This document shows positions 53,818 to 64,000 of a DNA stretch of 64,000 nucleotides, piece by piece. This DNA is from Macrostomum lignano (Eukaryota): assembly GCA_002269645.1 (NCBI GenBank), contig NIVC01001944.1, positions 124,001-188,000 of the forward strand, written 5' to 3'. The notes beneath the pieces were generated by a model that did not search any database, was not told the origin of the DNA, and saw nothing but the letters and a program-made list of their open reading frames with translations. How positions within the stretch are numbered: the stretch's first letter is position 1; the number at the start of each line of letters is the position of its first letter. Position numbers and translations under genes: made by a program.

Positions 53818-54759
53818 ATGATCACGATATCAAAGGAACGCAGAGTGAACGCAGAAAAAATTATTTCAGCGGAGCTTCAATTTGCGAAAGTTAAGGACCA
53901 TGCCAGCTACTGTTCTTTAGCGCGTGCTTACAAAGATGGGAACGCCAAACAACAGTTTTATCCTCACGGATTCGGCGCTATGACTAGCAGAGTAAATAAA
54001 CCGAGAAATGTGGACTGTATTGACTGCAGAAGTGTCTGTTACACCGCTGATGATTCTGGCATCGTAGCTGACTATCTTGACTTATCTGTGAATTCGGAAC
54101 TATCATTATCAAGCAATTCTGGTTGTCTGCTTTGTATATTATCGTCAAGAAATCCAAAGGAGCAGCTGCAAAGCAAGACAGGCAGTGATACTCTGGCACC
54201 AAAGAACACGCAAGAACCGTCTGCTGAAAATTGGTCTTGGACCGGAAGAAGCCGGTCTGTGACTTTTATTCGTCTGCCTACGACTACGAGTGCCAACTGC
54301 GTGTCGGTGCTGCAAACAGAGCAGGTTAGCACTTCGAGACTAGGGGTTGATGATCTGCTTTGGGCTCTGCTTCGCCGTGCCAGAGATTATGGCCTGTTTG
54401 CCCACCAGATGCCAGTTTTCTTCGAGTCATTGTGCCACGCTCTGGCGCGGCACCCCCGAACCCAGAAGCAGCAGCAGCAGCAGCTTTATGAAAGTCAACA
54501 GGCTAATAAGCCTTTGAACCCCATGCAGCAACCGAATTGCACTTTCGCTGGCACCGGGTGCATTCCACTCAAAATTTTTACTGGCCAATATTATTATCGA
54601 CCAACGCACTGCCTCGGCAAAGGCAATTTCGGCCAAGTGTACATGTGCGAAGTGGATCGCCTGTCCTCGTTTTCTAAGCGCGAAGTGCCTGTCGAAGTCT
54701 TTGCTCTCAAGGTGACGCAGCATCTGCACACGTACAAGATGGAGCAGTGGGTGCATCAG
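53818..54759 (+). CDS. Divergent AGC-type Ser/Thr kinase exon 1 (N-terminal extension, Gly loop, VAIK-type Lys, alphaC)
   Basis: LGKGNFGQVY, FALK and a probable alphaC Glu; donor CAG|GTAAGA at 54760. The start codon is uncertain: 53818 is the first in-frame ATG and 53980 is an alternative. Confidence 0.78.
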
Positions 54760-55273
54760 GTAAGAAAGCGATTGATATCAAATGATTCAGATCAAGCTAG
54801 AAGCCACTATAGTGTAAGTATCATGTTTATTTTAATGTCAAATGCCAATGACAATGTGAGTAACTGAGTGACCTTGGATCTACGTCAAATGGGAGGCTTC
54901 ATAATTCATATCATATGACCGAAATTTCACAATGCCGAAACCGAAACATCTTTCACAACACCGAAAATTCTGCATGGTCCTGTTGTTGTATTTAGTTTTC
55001 TACGATGTGAAATTTTGGCCTTATGAAACTTCTGTCGAGGGGCCGCCCAGCCAAGGTAAGTAAAAAAAATGCCCACCCGAAAATACAGGTTTACGGGTAC
55101 TTATTAGATAACGAGACATTTAGCCTTAATAGTACACTCATAGTTACTCCTGTCGTTTACCTAAAGTACGTTAAATTTTGCTTAGGTTTCTCTCATAGGT
55201 AAGTCACATTACCATTGATTACACGTATTATTTTATAGACGCATTATTAGTTTACCTTTTACAACCGAGTCAG

Positions 55274-55540
55274 GTGTTGCAGCGTGACCACACTAGAGAG
55301 TCCTACAAGAGCACCTTCCTACTGTGGATGTTGGACTGTCTGACTATCCAGCTCTCCGGCAAGAGCACTGGTTGCTTGCTGCTTGAACTGGCTACTGGCG
55401 GCTCCTTACAGGACCTGCTAACTGGCCTGCACACTGGCAAGCAGCGCCTATTGGAGCACGAGGCCGTGTTTTACATTGCCGAAGTTGGCTGCGCCATTGA
55501 CTACATGCATTCGCGCGGCTGCCTGCACATGGATATCAAG
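55274..55540 (+). CDS. Kinase exon 2
   Basis: LLELATGGSL (hinge) and FYIAEVGCAIDYMHSRGCLHMDIK; AG|...|GTTGGC, phase 0/0. Confidence 0.88.
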
Positions 55541-55654
55541 GTTGGCATTGGCACTATGGCTGTGTTGATTCTGTTGGATTGATTGATTGATTGATTGGCA
55601 TTGGCGCGTGCTGAGTTGAGTTTGTAATCTAACGTCACAAGTACGACTTGACCC

Positions 55655-56275
55655 CTCGCCCCCCTATCACCCGAATTGCCCCCCTTTTATCACCCGAATT
55701 CCCCCCCCCCCTTTATCACCCGAATAGTCCCCCTTTATCACCCGAATAGCCCCCCTCTATAACCCGAATCGCCCCCTCTGTCACCCGAATTGCCCCCTCT
55801 GTCACCCGAATCGCCCCCTCTGTCACCCGAATTGCCCCCTCTGTCACCCGAATCGCCCCCTCTGTCACCCGAATCGCCCCCTCTGTCACCCGAATTGCCC
55901 CCTCTGTCACCCGAATCGCCCCCTCTGTCACCCGAATTGCCCCCTCTGTCACCCGAATTGCCCCCTCTGTCACCCGAATTGCCCCCTCTATCACCCGAAT
56001 TTCCCCCTCTATAACCCGAATCGCCCCTCTGTCACCCGAATTGCCCCCCCCCAATCACCCGATTTTCTCCCGTCTGTCACTCAAATTACCCCCTCTATCA
56101 CACGATTTTCCCCCTCTATCACTTAAATTGCCCCCTCTGTCACCCGAATTGCCCCCTCTATCACCCGAATTGCCCCCTCTATCACCCGAATCGCCCCCTC
56201 TATCACTCAAATTGCCCCCTCTGTCACCCGAATTGCCCCCTCTATCACCCGAATTCCCCCCTCTGTCACCCGTTT
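55655..56275 (+). repeat. 21-bp intronic minisatellite CCCCTCTGTCACCCGAATTGC
   Basis: About 28 copies in kinase intron 2. Confidence 0.95.
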
Positions 56276-56343
56276 CCCCATGGCACAATTGAGCCCCATA
56301 GTCTACGCATTGATCTCAGTTGCAACAATAATAATACACACAG

Positions 56344-56521
56344 GCTGACAATGTGCTACTGAGCGCCAGCGGCCACGTCCGGTTGGCTGATTTTGGCCAC
56401 GCCCTCCAGCTGGACAGGTTGGGCCGCGCTTGCAGCCAACTGAGAGCCGGCCTAAACACCTATCACCTGCCTGGCGAGGTTCTGCGCAAAGCTCCCATTG
56501 CAAACGATGGTGTTCAGAGAG
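56344..56521 (+). CDS. Kinase exon 3
   Basis: ADNVLLSASGHVRLADFG completes HxDxKxxN and DFG; donor G|GTGAGA at 56522, phase 1. Confidence 0.88.
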
Positions 56522-56629
56522 GTGAGAATGGCTTTGGAAACTGCTGGGTGCTCACTCGTCACTCTTATTGGAAACCACTTCGATTTCATCAGATTTGAGA
56601 GAATCGATCCTGGTAAACTAAGACTCTCC

Positions 56630-57987
56630 CCTCATGTCAGCTGTGTGAGAATCGCCCCTTATCAGCTGTGTGAGAATCACCCCTAATCAGCTGTGTGAGA
56701 ATCACCCCTAATCAGCTGTGTGAGAATCACCCCTCATCATGAGTGTGAGAATCACCCCTCATCAGCTGTGTGAGAATCGCCCCTCATCAGCTGTGTGAGA
56801 ATCACCCCTCGTCAGCTGTGTGAGAATCGCCCCTTATCAGCTGTGTGAGAATCACCCCTCGTCAGCTGTGTGAGAATCACCCCTAATCAGCTGTGTGAGA
56901 ATCACCCCTCATCAGGTGTGTGAGAATCACCCCTCATCAGCTGTGTGAGAATCACCCCTCGTCAGCTGTGTGAGAATCGCCCCTTATCAGCTGTGTGAGA
57001 ATCACCCCTCGTCAGCTGTGTGAGAATCACCCCTAATCAGCTGTGTGAGAATCACCCCTCATCAGGTGTGAGAATCACCCCTCATCAGCTGTGTGAGAAT
57101 CACCCCTCATCAGCTGTGTGAGAATCGCCCCTCATCAGCTGTGTGAGAATCGCCCCTCATCAGCTGTGTGAGAATCGCCCCTCATCAGCTGAGAATCGCC
57201 CCTCATCAGTTGTGTGAGAATCGCCCCTCATCAGTTGTGTGAGAATCGCCCCTCATCAGCTGAGAATCGCCCCTCATCAGCTGTGTGAGAATCGCCCCTC
57301 ATCAGCTGAGAATCGCCCCTTATCAGTTGTGTGAGAATCGCCCCTCATCAGCTGTGTGAGAATCCCCCCTCATCAGCTGAGAATCGCCCCTCATCAGCTG
57401 AGAATCACCCCTCACCAGGTGTGTGAGAATCACTCACCCCTCATCAGCTGTGTGAGAATCGCACCTCATCAGCTGAGAATCGCCCCTTATCAGCTGTGTG
57501 AGAATCGCCCCTCATCAGCTGTGTGAGAATCACCCCCATCAGCTGTGTGAGAATCGCCCCTCATCAGCTGAGAATCGCCCCTCATCAGGTGTGTGAGAAT
57601 CGCCCTTCATCAGGTGTGTGAAAATCGCCCCTCATCAGCTGAGAATCGCCCCTTATCAGTTGTGTAAGAATCGCCCCTCATCAGCTGAGAATCGCCCCTT
57701 ATCAGTTGTGTGAGAATCGCCCCTCATCAGCTGAGAATCGCCCCTTATCAGCTGTGTGAGAATCGCCCCTCATCAGCTGAGAATCGCCCCTTATCAGCTG
57801 TGTGAGAATCGCCCCTCATCAGCTGAGAATCGCCCCTTATCAGCTGTGTGAGAATCGCCCCTCATCAGCTGAGAATCGCCCCTCATCAGCTGTGTGAGAA
57901 TCGCACCTCATCAGCTGAGAATCGCCCCTCATCAGCTGAGAATCGCCCCTCATCAGCTGAGAATCGCCCCTCATCAGCTGAGAATCG
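56630..57987 (+). repeat. 25/21-bp intronic minisatellite ATCAGCTG(TGTG)AGAATC(G/A)CCCCTC
   Basis: About 55-60 copies filling kinase intron 3. Confidence 0.97.
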
Positions 57988-58128
57988 CGGTGCATTTTAC
58001 GGATCCGTTTAAAAAAGTCCAGAGCACAATAATTTTTTAATGTTAGGGTTTTAATGTTTGTTTTTTATTTTTGCTGATTATATCAATATATGATTTGAAA
58101 ATTGCTTACTTCATTTCAACTTCATCAG

Positions 58129-58307
58129 GTCACGTGGTTACCAAGGCAACAGATTGGTTCAGCTTTGGCTGCCTGGCTTACTGGCTGCTGCACAACGTAT
58201 TTCCCATTGTGCCGCCCAAATCACTGCGGACAGACTGGACAGTGGACCAGTACGCCAGGTATATGCAGTCAGAAGGCTATCAGCAGCTGATCAACAGCAA
58301 TATGCAG
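58129..58307 (+). CDS. Kinase exon 4
   Basis: catcAG acceptor; G+GT=Gly. DWFSFGCLAY is subdomain IX. Donor CAG|GTAAGA at 58308. Confidence 0.86.
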
Positions 58308-58429
58308 GTAAGATTTTACCTTTCAGACTGTAAATTAAGTATGAGAACCAGGGTCTGGTAAAGCCTGAACATTGGGATATGGAATTGGGAATTTTGGACC
58401 CGGGGCTCTGAAAGCTAGTTTCTTGGACC

Positions 58430-59525
58430 TGGAATCTGTAATTTGGAATCTAGTATCTGGGACTCGATTCTGGATCTGGAATCCAGGATCTAGGAACTGG
58501 GATCTGAATCTGAAAACTCTGATCTAAAATCTGGAACTCAGATCTGGAATCCCGGATCAAAAATCTGGAACTCAGATCTGGAATCCCGGATCTAAAATCT
58601 GAAACTCAGATCTGGAATCCCGGATCAAAAATCTGGAACTCAGATCTGGAATCCCGGATCTAAAATCTGAAACTCAGATCTGGAATCCCGGATCTAAAAT
58701 CTGGAACTCAGATCTGGAATCCCGGATCTAAAATCTGGAACTCAGATCTGGAATCCCGGATCTAAAATCTAGAACTCAGATCTGGAAACTCGGATCGGGG
58801 ATCAGGGATCTGGAATCCCGAATCCCGGTGCCGGATCTGGAATCTGGAAACTGATCGGAGATCTGGAATGTGGGATTTGGAGTCTGATATCTGGAATGTG
58901 GGATTTGGAATTTAATATCTGGAATGTGGGATTTGGAATTTAATATCTGGAATGTGGGATTTGGAATCTGAGATCTGGAAGGTGGAATTTGGAATCTGAG
59001 ATCTGGAATGTGGGATTTGGAATCTAATATCCGGAATGTGGGATTTGGATCTGAGATCTGGAAGGTGGAATTTGGAATCTGAGATCTGGAATGTGGGATT
59101 TGGGATTTGGAATCTGATATCCGGAATGTGGGATTTGGAATCTGAGATCTGGAATGTGGGATTTGGAATCTGAGATCTGGAACGTGAAATTTGGAATCTG
59201 AGATCTAGAATGGGAAATTTGGAATCTGATATCTGGAATGTGGGATTTGGAATCTGAGATCTGGAATGTGGGATTTGGAATCTGATATCTGGAATGTGGG
59301 ATTTGGAATCTGAGATCTGGAATGTGGGATTTGGAATCTGAGATCTGGAATGTGGGATTTGGAATCTGAGATCTGGAATGTGGGATTTGGAATCTGATAT
59401 CTCAAATCTGGGTTCTGGGATCTGATATCTCAAATCTGGGTTCTGGGATCTGATATCTCAAATCTGGGTTCTGGGATCTTCTGATATCTCAAATTTGGGT
59501 TCCGGGATCTGGAATGTAACATCTA
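58430..59525 (+). repeat. 34-bp and 28-bp GATCTGGAAT-based intronic minisatellites
   Basis: 34-bp array at ~58530-58790, 28-bp array at ~58860-59400, in kinase intron 4. Confidence 0.94.
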
Positions 59526-59619
59526 GGAACTCTAAGCTGAGGATTTCAGCATGCCTCAGCCGCAGTCTCACACTGCAGTTTCCAGCTCTATGTAAACATC
59601 GTTGCCAATCCCCAATCAG

Positions 59620-59850
59620 GTCAGCCCGGCCTACCGCCAGCTGCTGCTGAGCCTACTGCACCCCAGGCCCGGCTTCCGGCCCCGCTGCCTGTCCCGCATG
59701 CTGCTGCACCACGGCGACGTGTTCGCCAGTCTGCTGCCACCGAGGAACTCGCCGCCAATCTGCACAGCCGAGGCCAGGGCTGGCGAGCTGCGCCGGGCGA
59801 TCGAGTCCGGCTGCCTGCTGCCCCCGTTTGTGCCGATGCCGCTGCGCTGA
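59620..59850 (+). CDS. Kinase exon 5
   Basis: aatcAG acceptor; LLSLLHPRPGFRP (subdomain XI Arg) and AGC-tail PPFVP; TGA at 59848-59850. Total CDS 1797 nt = 598 aa. Confidence 0.8.
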   Translation, partial: VSPAYRQLLLSLLHPRPGFRPRCLSRMLLHHGDVFASLLPPRNSPPICTAEARAGELRRAIESGCLLPPFVPMPLR

Positions 59851-60322
59851 GAGAGAGGCATCTGAGAGGTTTCGCTTCGGAGCCGATGACCTTTATGATA
59901 TTCTGAGGGCGTTTAACACTTCTATAAGGGATGTGTTATCTTATCTTCATATGGGGAGGATTATGCTCAAAGTTGCCCTCAACAATCAAAGTCGCTGGAA
60001 GACCCAAGAAGGTGAATAGGATGTCCGCTTGTCTTGCTCCATTTCCGACGCTGCTGATATCCACTTGTAGACAGCTAGCTAATATTTGAAGGCCTAGTTA
60101 CAGTACTCTTTAAAACAATTTTCACACTCACTTTTTAGGCTTCCAAATCATTCATTTGAATCCAAGCAGCTGTTTTTCTCGGAGGTTGTTCGATTAGAGT
60201 ATCTTTTTACGAACACACTTTTTTGTAGTAAACAAAAGAAAGCTAGCCAATTCTCAGTTCAGAATATAAGAAGAAATTTCCCACATTGTTGGGCGCTAAA
60301 AAGCAGAAAATAATTATAACTA

Positions 60323-60642
60323 CACCATTTTACCCTCGATTTTGAACAAGGAGAATAAAGGAGAGCTATTTTTTCTGGGTGTAAAATACTTGTAGATCCC
60401 AAAAGCAAGGTCAGAATCTGCTGATTTTGCACAGATAACTTTTATCCCGTTCAGGCTTTAATTGGATTACAATTGTTACCGAATTCTCTCAGGAGAAGTT
60501 GACTAAACGTGTATTGTCAAAATTGAAGCTTGATCTGTCAATATTGATGGTAGATTTTGAGTGCCCGACCATAGTGTCATTATTGAAGAGAAGTTTGTCA
60601 GTTTCGAAGTTCTCCTTGTTCAAAATCGAGGGTAAAATGGAG
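60323..60642. mobile_element. 320-bp MITE-like element with ~33-bp terminal inverted repeats and TA flanks (Tc1/mariner-type layout)
   Basis: 60325-60355 CCATTTTACCCTCGATTTTGAACAAGGAGAA is the exact reverse complement of 60610-60640. TA at 60321-60322 and 60643-60644. No intact internal ORF. Confidence 0.8.
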
Positions 60643-62649
60643 TAGGAGCAGCGCGCGTTTCTTCATTTTCTTGCAATTATAACTGTTCAGTGCTTCAATT
60701 TTTTATTGCATGAAGCACGCAGCGTTTTTCTCCGTGCAGTTTCAGTTTGTTTTTTATGTTTTCATTTCTTGTCCGTTTAAAGCTTGGCTCCGAGTTGCAA
60801 CGCGTTTATTTTTTTTTATAATTGTAGTCTTTGTTTATCGTTTTCGTTTATGAACTAACAAAAGTTATAGTCTTTGAAGGCCCCGGAAATGCGCCAAGAC
60901 TTTAATTAATAAGTGCAGCCACATGCAATTTTATTGCTGCTTTGACGTGGATCTCCACATCTCATACTACGAGTATCTACTTAGGACAACATAAGTTGAC
61001 AAAATTCTCATATTTAGTAGCTAATTGTTTATCTTATTAGTTTAATTTGCATTCAGACATTTCTGTCAAGCTTCTTCCGGTTAAAAGGGCATACAGTACA
61101 ATTTAGTGCTGCAAAAGATAAAAAACTCGTTCTAAAATTTTCTTTCAACCTTTGTTATTCTGTGCGTTATTAATAATTGTCTTCCCACTTATCCAAGTTT
61201 GTGACGTGCCCTTTTACATGTAGGCAGCATTTACTCGTCCTTCCATTTTGTTGACTTGTCCAATTTCTTGTGCTGCAACGAAATAAATACATTAGACGAG
61301 AGGCGGTGGTTCTTTTATGTTTAATTGTTTTCAATTGATTGCTGTACACGTAAACCGAAATGTACATGTGCATGTACTTTGCATGCACTTTTACAAAGAG
61401 CTAATTTGTTTAAATTTCATTACAATAAAAATATTTATGTATACCAGTAAAAGTTCTTAGGGAAAGCAAAGATTAAAGCTGAGTTGGCGGAAAAAGTGCG
61501 TGTGCGAAATCTACTTAAGATCATGTCTGAAAATAATGGACTTGATGCAGCAGCTTTCTATGTGAATGCCTGTAATTATTGCCCGTAATTTTCAGTCCGA
61601 TGCTAAAGAAGTACTCCCGTTGTCTTCTCAGATAGGGCATAATACATTACTATAATATATCTCGAGCTATATAGCTGAAGAGACAGCTATAATCAGGACC
61701 TACTGAAAATACCCTTACTAAACGTCCTGAACATAATTGTACATGTGCTGTCAGCTGTCTTAAAAATTTTGACGAGCTCTATTTGTCAAAGTGTATAAAC
61801 CACTACATCATACGCGATCAAGTTAAGACAAATTTTCTTCTGTATCCTAATGGTATATAGGATTTGTATTGTGAGTTCCTGCATATTTTACCAGGCCTAA
61901 GGTGCATCTTCACAGTACGAGTAGATATGTCGATCTCTACCGGTTTAGAATATCTTATCATCTGCAAATATATAGCTAAGACAAATACTTGGATAATTTT
62001 TTTTATATTAGCATGGCTGTCATAAAATTTAAACAGATTTTTTTGATACTATTTGTTTAACTGCCTAAGTTATAAATTACCTGACTGGGCGCACATATAA
62101 ATATATAGTTTCCTTAGAAATGTGACTAATGTGATCTAATCTAGACTGACGACGGCACTGCATAGGCCCCATAGCTGGATAGACTAGACTAGGCTGACCA
62201 TCGAACGGAATGGAAAGATAGAGCTTGTGCTTCTCTTTTTTGGGCTTAGCGGCCTCGATCACGTCTCACGAAACATAACTAACACTTTGAATCATTTTAG
62301 GTTCCTTTCAATACAATTCAAGAAGTACAAGTTAGGAAGTATAGTATAAATCCTACTAAAAAAGAAAACTTACCTAACTTAACATAGAAACAGAAGGCAC
62401 AGACTTCGTAGAGTAAGCAAATATTTTGATAAAATCGTAAATGCCAAGCCCCAAAATATTTTTCTAAACCTAGATCCCTACTTCTATGCTTTTTATTAAC
62501 AATTTTTTAAAGTTGAACTATAATAATAAAGTATAATTTTAAATTTTATATCTTGGAAGGCAGGATTATTTTAAGTTTTGCCTGATTTTTTATTTACATT
62601 ATAACAATTTGGTTTTCTATCTTTATAATACAATCAATAGTTAGTTATT

Positions 62650-63550
62650 TTGAATAATAATACTGATTATTATATATAGAATTAACTCTAATTACAATCA
62701 ATAAAGTTATAACTTGTATGATGCTTTATTTCATCCTAATTGCTTTGTTTATAGTATTAAGCTTTAAAATTACCCTTTTGAGAATATGTACTTATATTGA
62801 ATATTAACTTTTATTCTAAGAGTTATAATATAAGATAATGATCTATTATCATGAATATCTCTTATATAAAAAATTCCTATAGTTTAAAGCTAAAGTTATA
62901 AAATCAAATCATAATGAAACAGATAAGATTTTATATGAAATTGATTCTATCCAAAGTTAGTAGACTGAAATCCCATGTTCCTCTTGTTTTGGTGGTAGGT
63001 GTTGTGTATAAGTTCTCTTGTTCTATTGACTAGAACATTACCTATATAGGTAAAACTAAAAGGCACTTGTATACCATAGAGAACATTGGTTGAAAAGGTC
63101 AGCTATCCAAGACCACCTGCTCTGTTGCAACAGTTGTTGCAAAATAGAGCAAACTCAGCAGTTCAAAATTATTGATTGGTGTAAGACTGACTTTAGGCTT
63201 AATATACTTGAATCCATGTACATTAAAAAACCAAAAACCAAATCTGAATATTTAGCTCTCCCATAGTGGTGCAGGCCATTTGCTCAAGGTGTTCTAAGTG
63301 AAGGCACAAACCTAAACAATGTTTTCGTTATCTCTGCTCAACTTTGAAAAAATTCTGCCCATATGATATGCCCCTTGGACTGGACTGTACAGTAACATTT
63401 GTTCGCTTATCTCTTATAAAAGTTGTTGTGTGACTAAAAATACACCAGATCTGAAGATGGCCCTAGTTGGACCAAAACGCGTTGAAAGAGTATAATCTAT
63501 GTTGATTTTCACTTTTATATTTCTTTGCCTTCTAAAGCGTGCTACCTTAC
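62650..63550 (+). mobile_element. Decayed Penelope-like retroelement 3' part (GIY-YIG endonuclease remnant)
   Basis: From 62962: RLKSHVPLVLVVGVVYKFSCSID*NITYIGKTKRHLYT / REHWLKRSAIQDHLLCC...FKIID...LNILESMYIKK / KPNLN. This is the VVY..C..YIGKT.R.L..R..EH..SAI..H..E pattern of PLE endonucleases, with one stop and two frameshifts. The 5' boundary is approximate. Confidence 0.85.
63445..63495 (+). ncRNA. Degenerate minimal hammerhead-ribozyme-like motif of the Penelope-like element
   Basis: CTGAAGA (63451-63457), imperfect stem GGCCC-TAGTT-GGACC, then AAAACGCGTT where GAAAC is canonical; contains the palindrome ACGCGT. Stem I is poorly preserved. Confidence 0.5.
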
Positions 63551-63699
63551 CTAATTAGGTTAGGCATAGATATAGCCTAGGTTTTTCTAAATATTATTGC
63601 CAAAAGGAAGTCTTGTAAATAAAAATGATATAGTAGAGTTGGTAGGATATCACTATATATTTTGCATTTTTGATCATTGGTGTCTTTGATAGATCTAAT

Positions 63700-64000
63700 A
63701 AATCGTGGCTATCATTAGTAGATCAGATAGATTGAGAATTAATAATTAAATACATATGGTAGATCATAGGATAGGTATAATTGGTAGATTGATCTAATAG
63801 ATCAAAGATATCATTAGTAGATAGGTCTGGTAGATCAAGGTTATCATTGGTAGATGGATCTGGTAGATCAAGGTTATCATTGGTAGATGGATCTGGTAGA
63901 TCAAGGGTGTCATTGGTAGATCTGGTGGATCAAAGGTATCATTGGTATACCTTGTAGATCATAAGTGTCATTGGTAGATCTGATAGATCAAGTGTCATTG
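63700..64000 (+). repeat. ~33-bp degenerate minisatellite GGTAGATCAAGGTTATCATTGGTAGATGGATCT
   Basis: Recurrent cattggtagat/gatc words running off the window end. Confidence 0.88.

Overview
Eukaryotic (animal) genomic DNA with GC-rich exons, AT-richer introns and a very high load of micro- and minisatellites. This style is reminiscent of a free-living flatworm such as Macrostomum, but that is inference and was not verified. I could splice four + strand protein-coding genes by hand with GT..AG, phase-compatible introns. (1) A PP1 glycogen-targeting subunit (PPP1R3-like, RVxF + CBM21): join(1251..1674,3058..3557), 307 aa. (2) An unidentified low-complexity Arg/His/Pro-rich protein: join(4658..6108,6408..6930), 657 aa. 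(3) A 7-cadherin-repeat delta-type protocadherin: join(41379..42452,42611..42739,43186..44124,44483..45181,50049..50199,51426..51931), 1165 aa; two of its exons are missing from the ORF track. (4) A divergent non-RD AGC kinase resembling the DMPK/MRCK/ROCK group: join(53818..54759,55274..55540,56344..56521,58129..58307,59620..59850), 598 aa. About 34 kb between genes 2 and 3 has no recognisable gene and alternates unique segments with roughly 25 different tandem arrays. Other elements are a 52-bp perfect palindrome with flanking direct repeats, a 320-bp TA-flanked MITE, and a decayed Penelope-like element (GIY-YIG remnant plus a degenerate hammerhead-like core). Most long ORFs in the track are translations of tandem repeats. 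I found no rRNA, tRNA, CRISPR array or prokaryotic system, and nothing I can honestly call a proven new biological system; the best leads are listed as findings.
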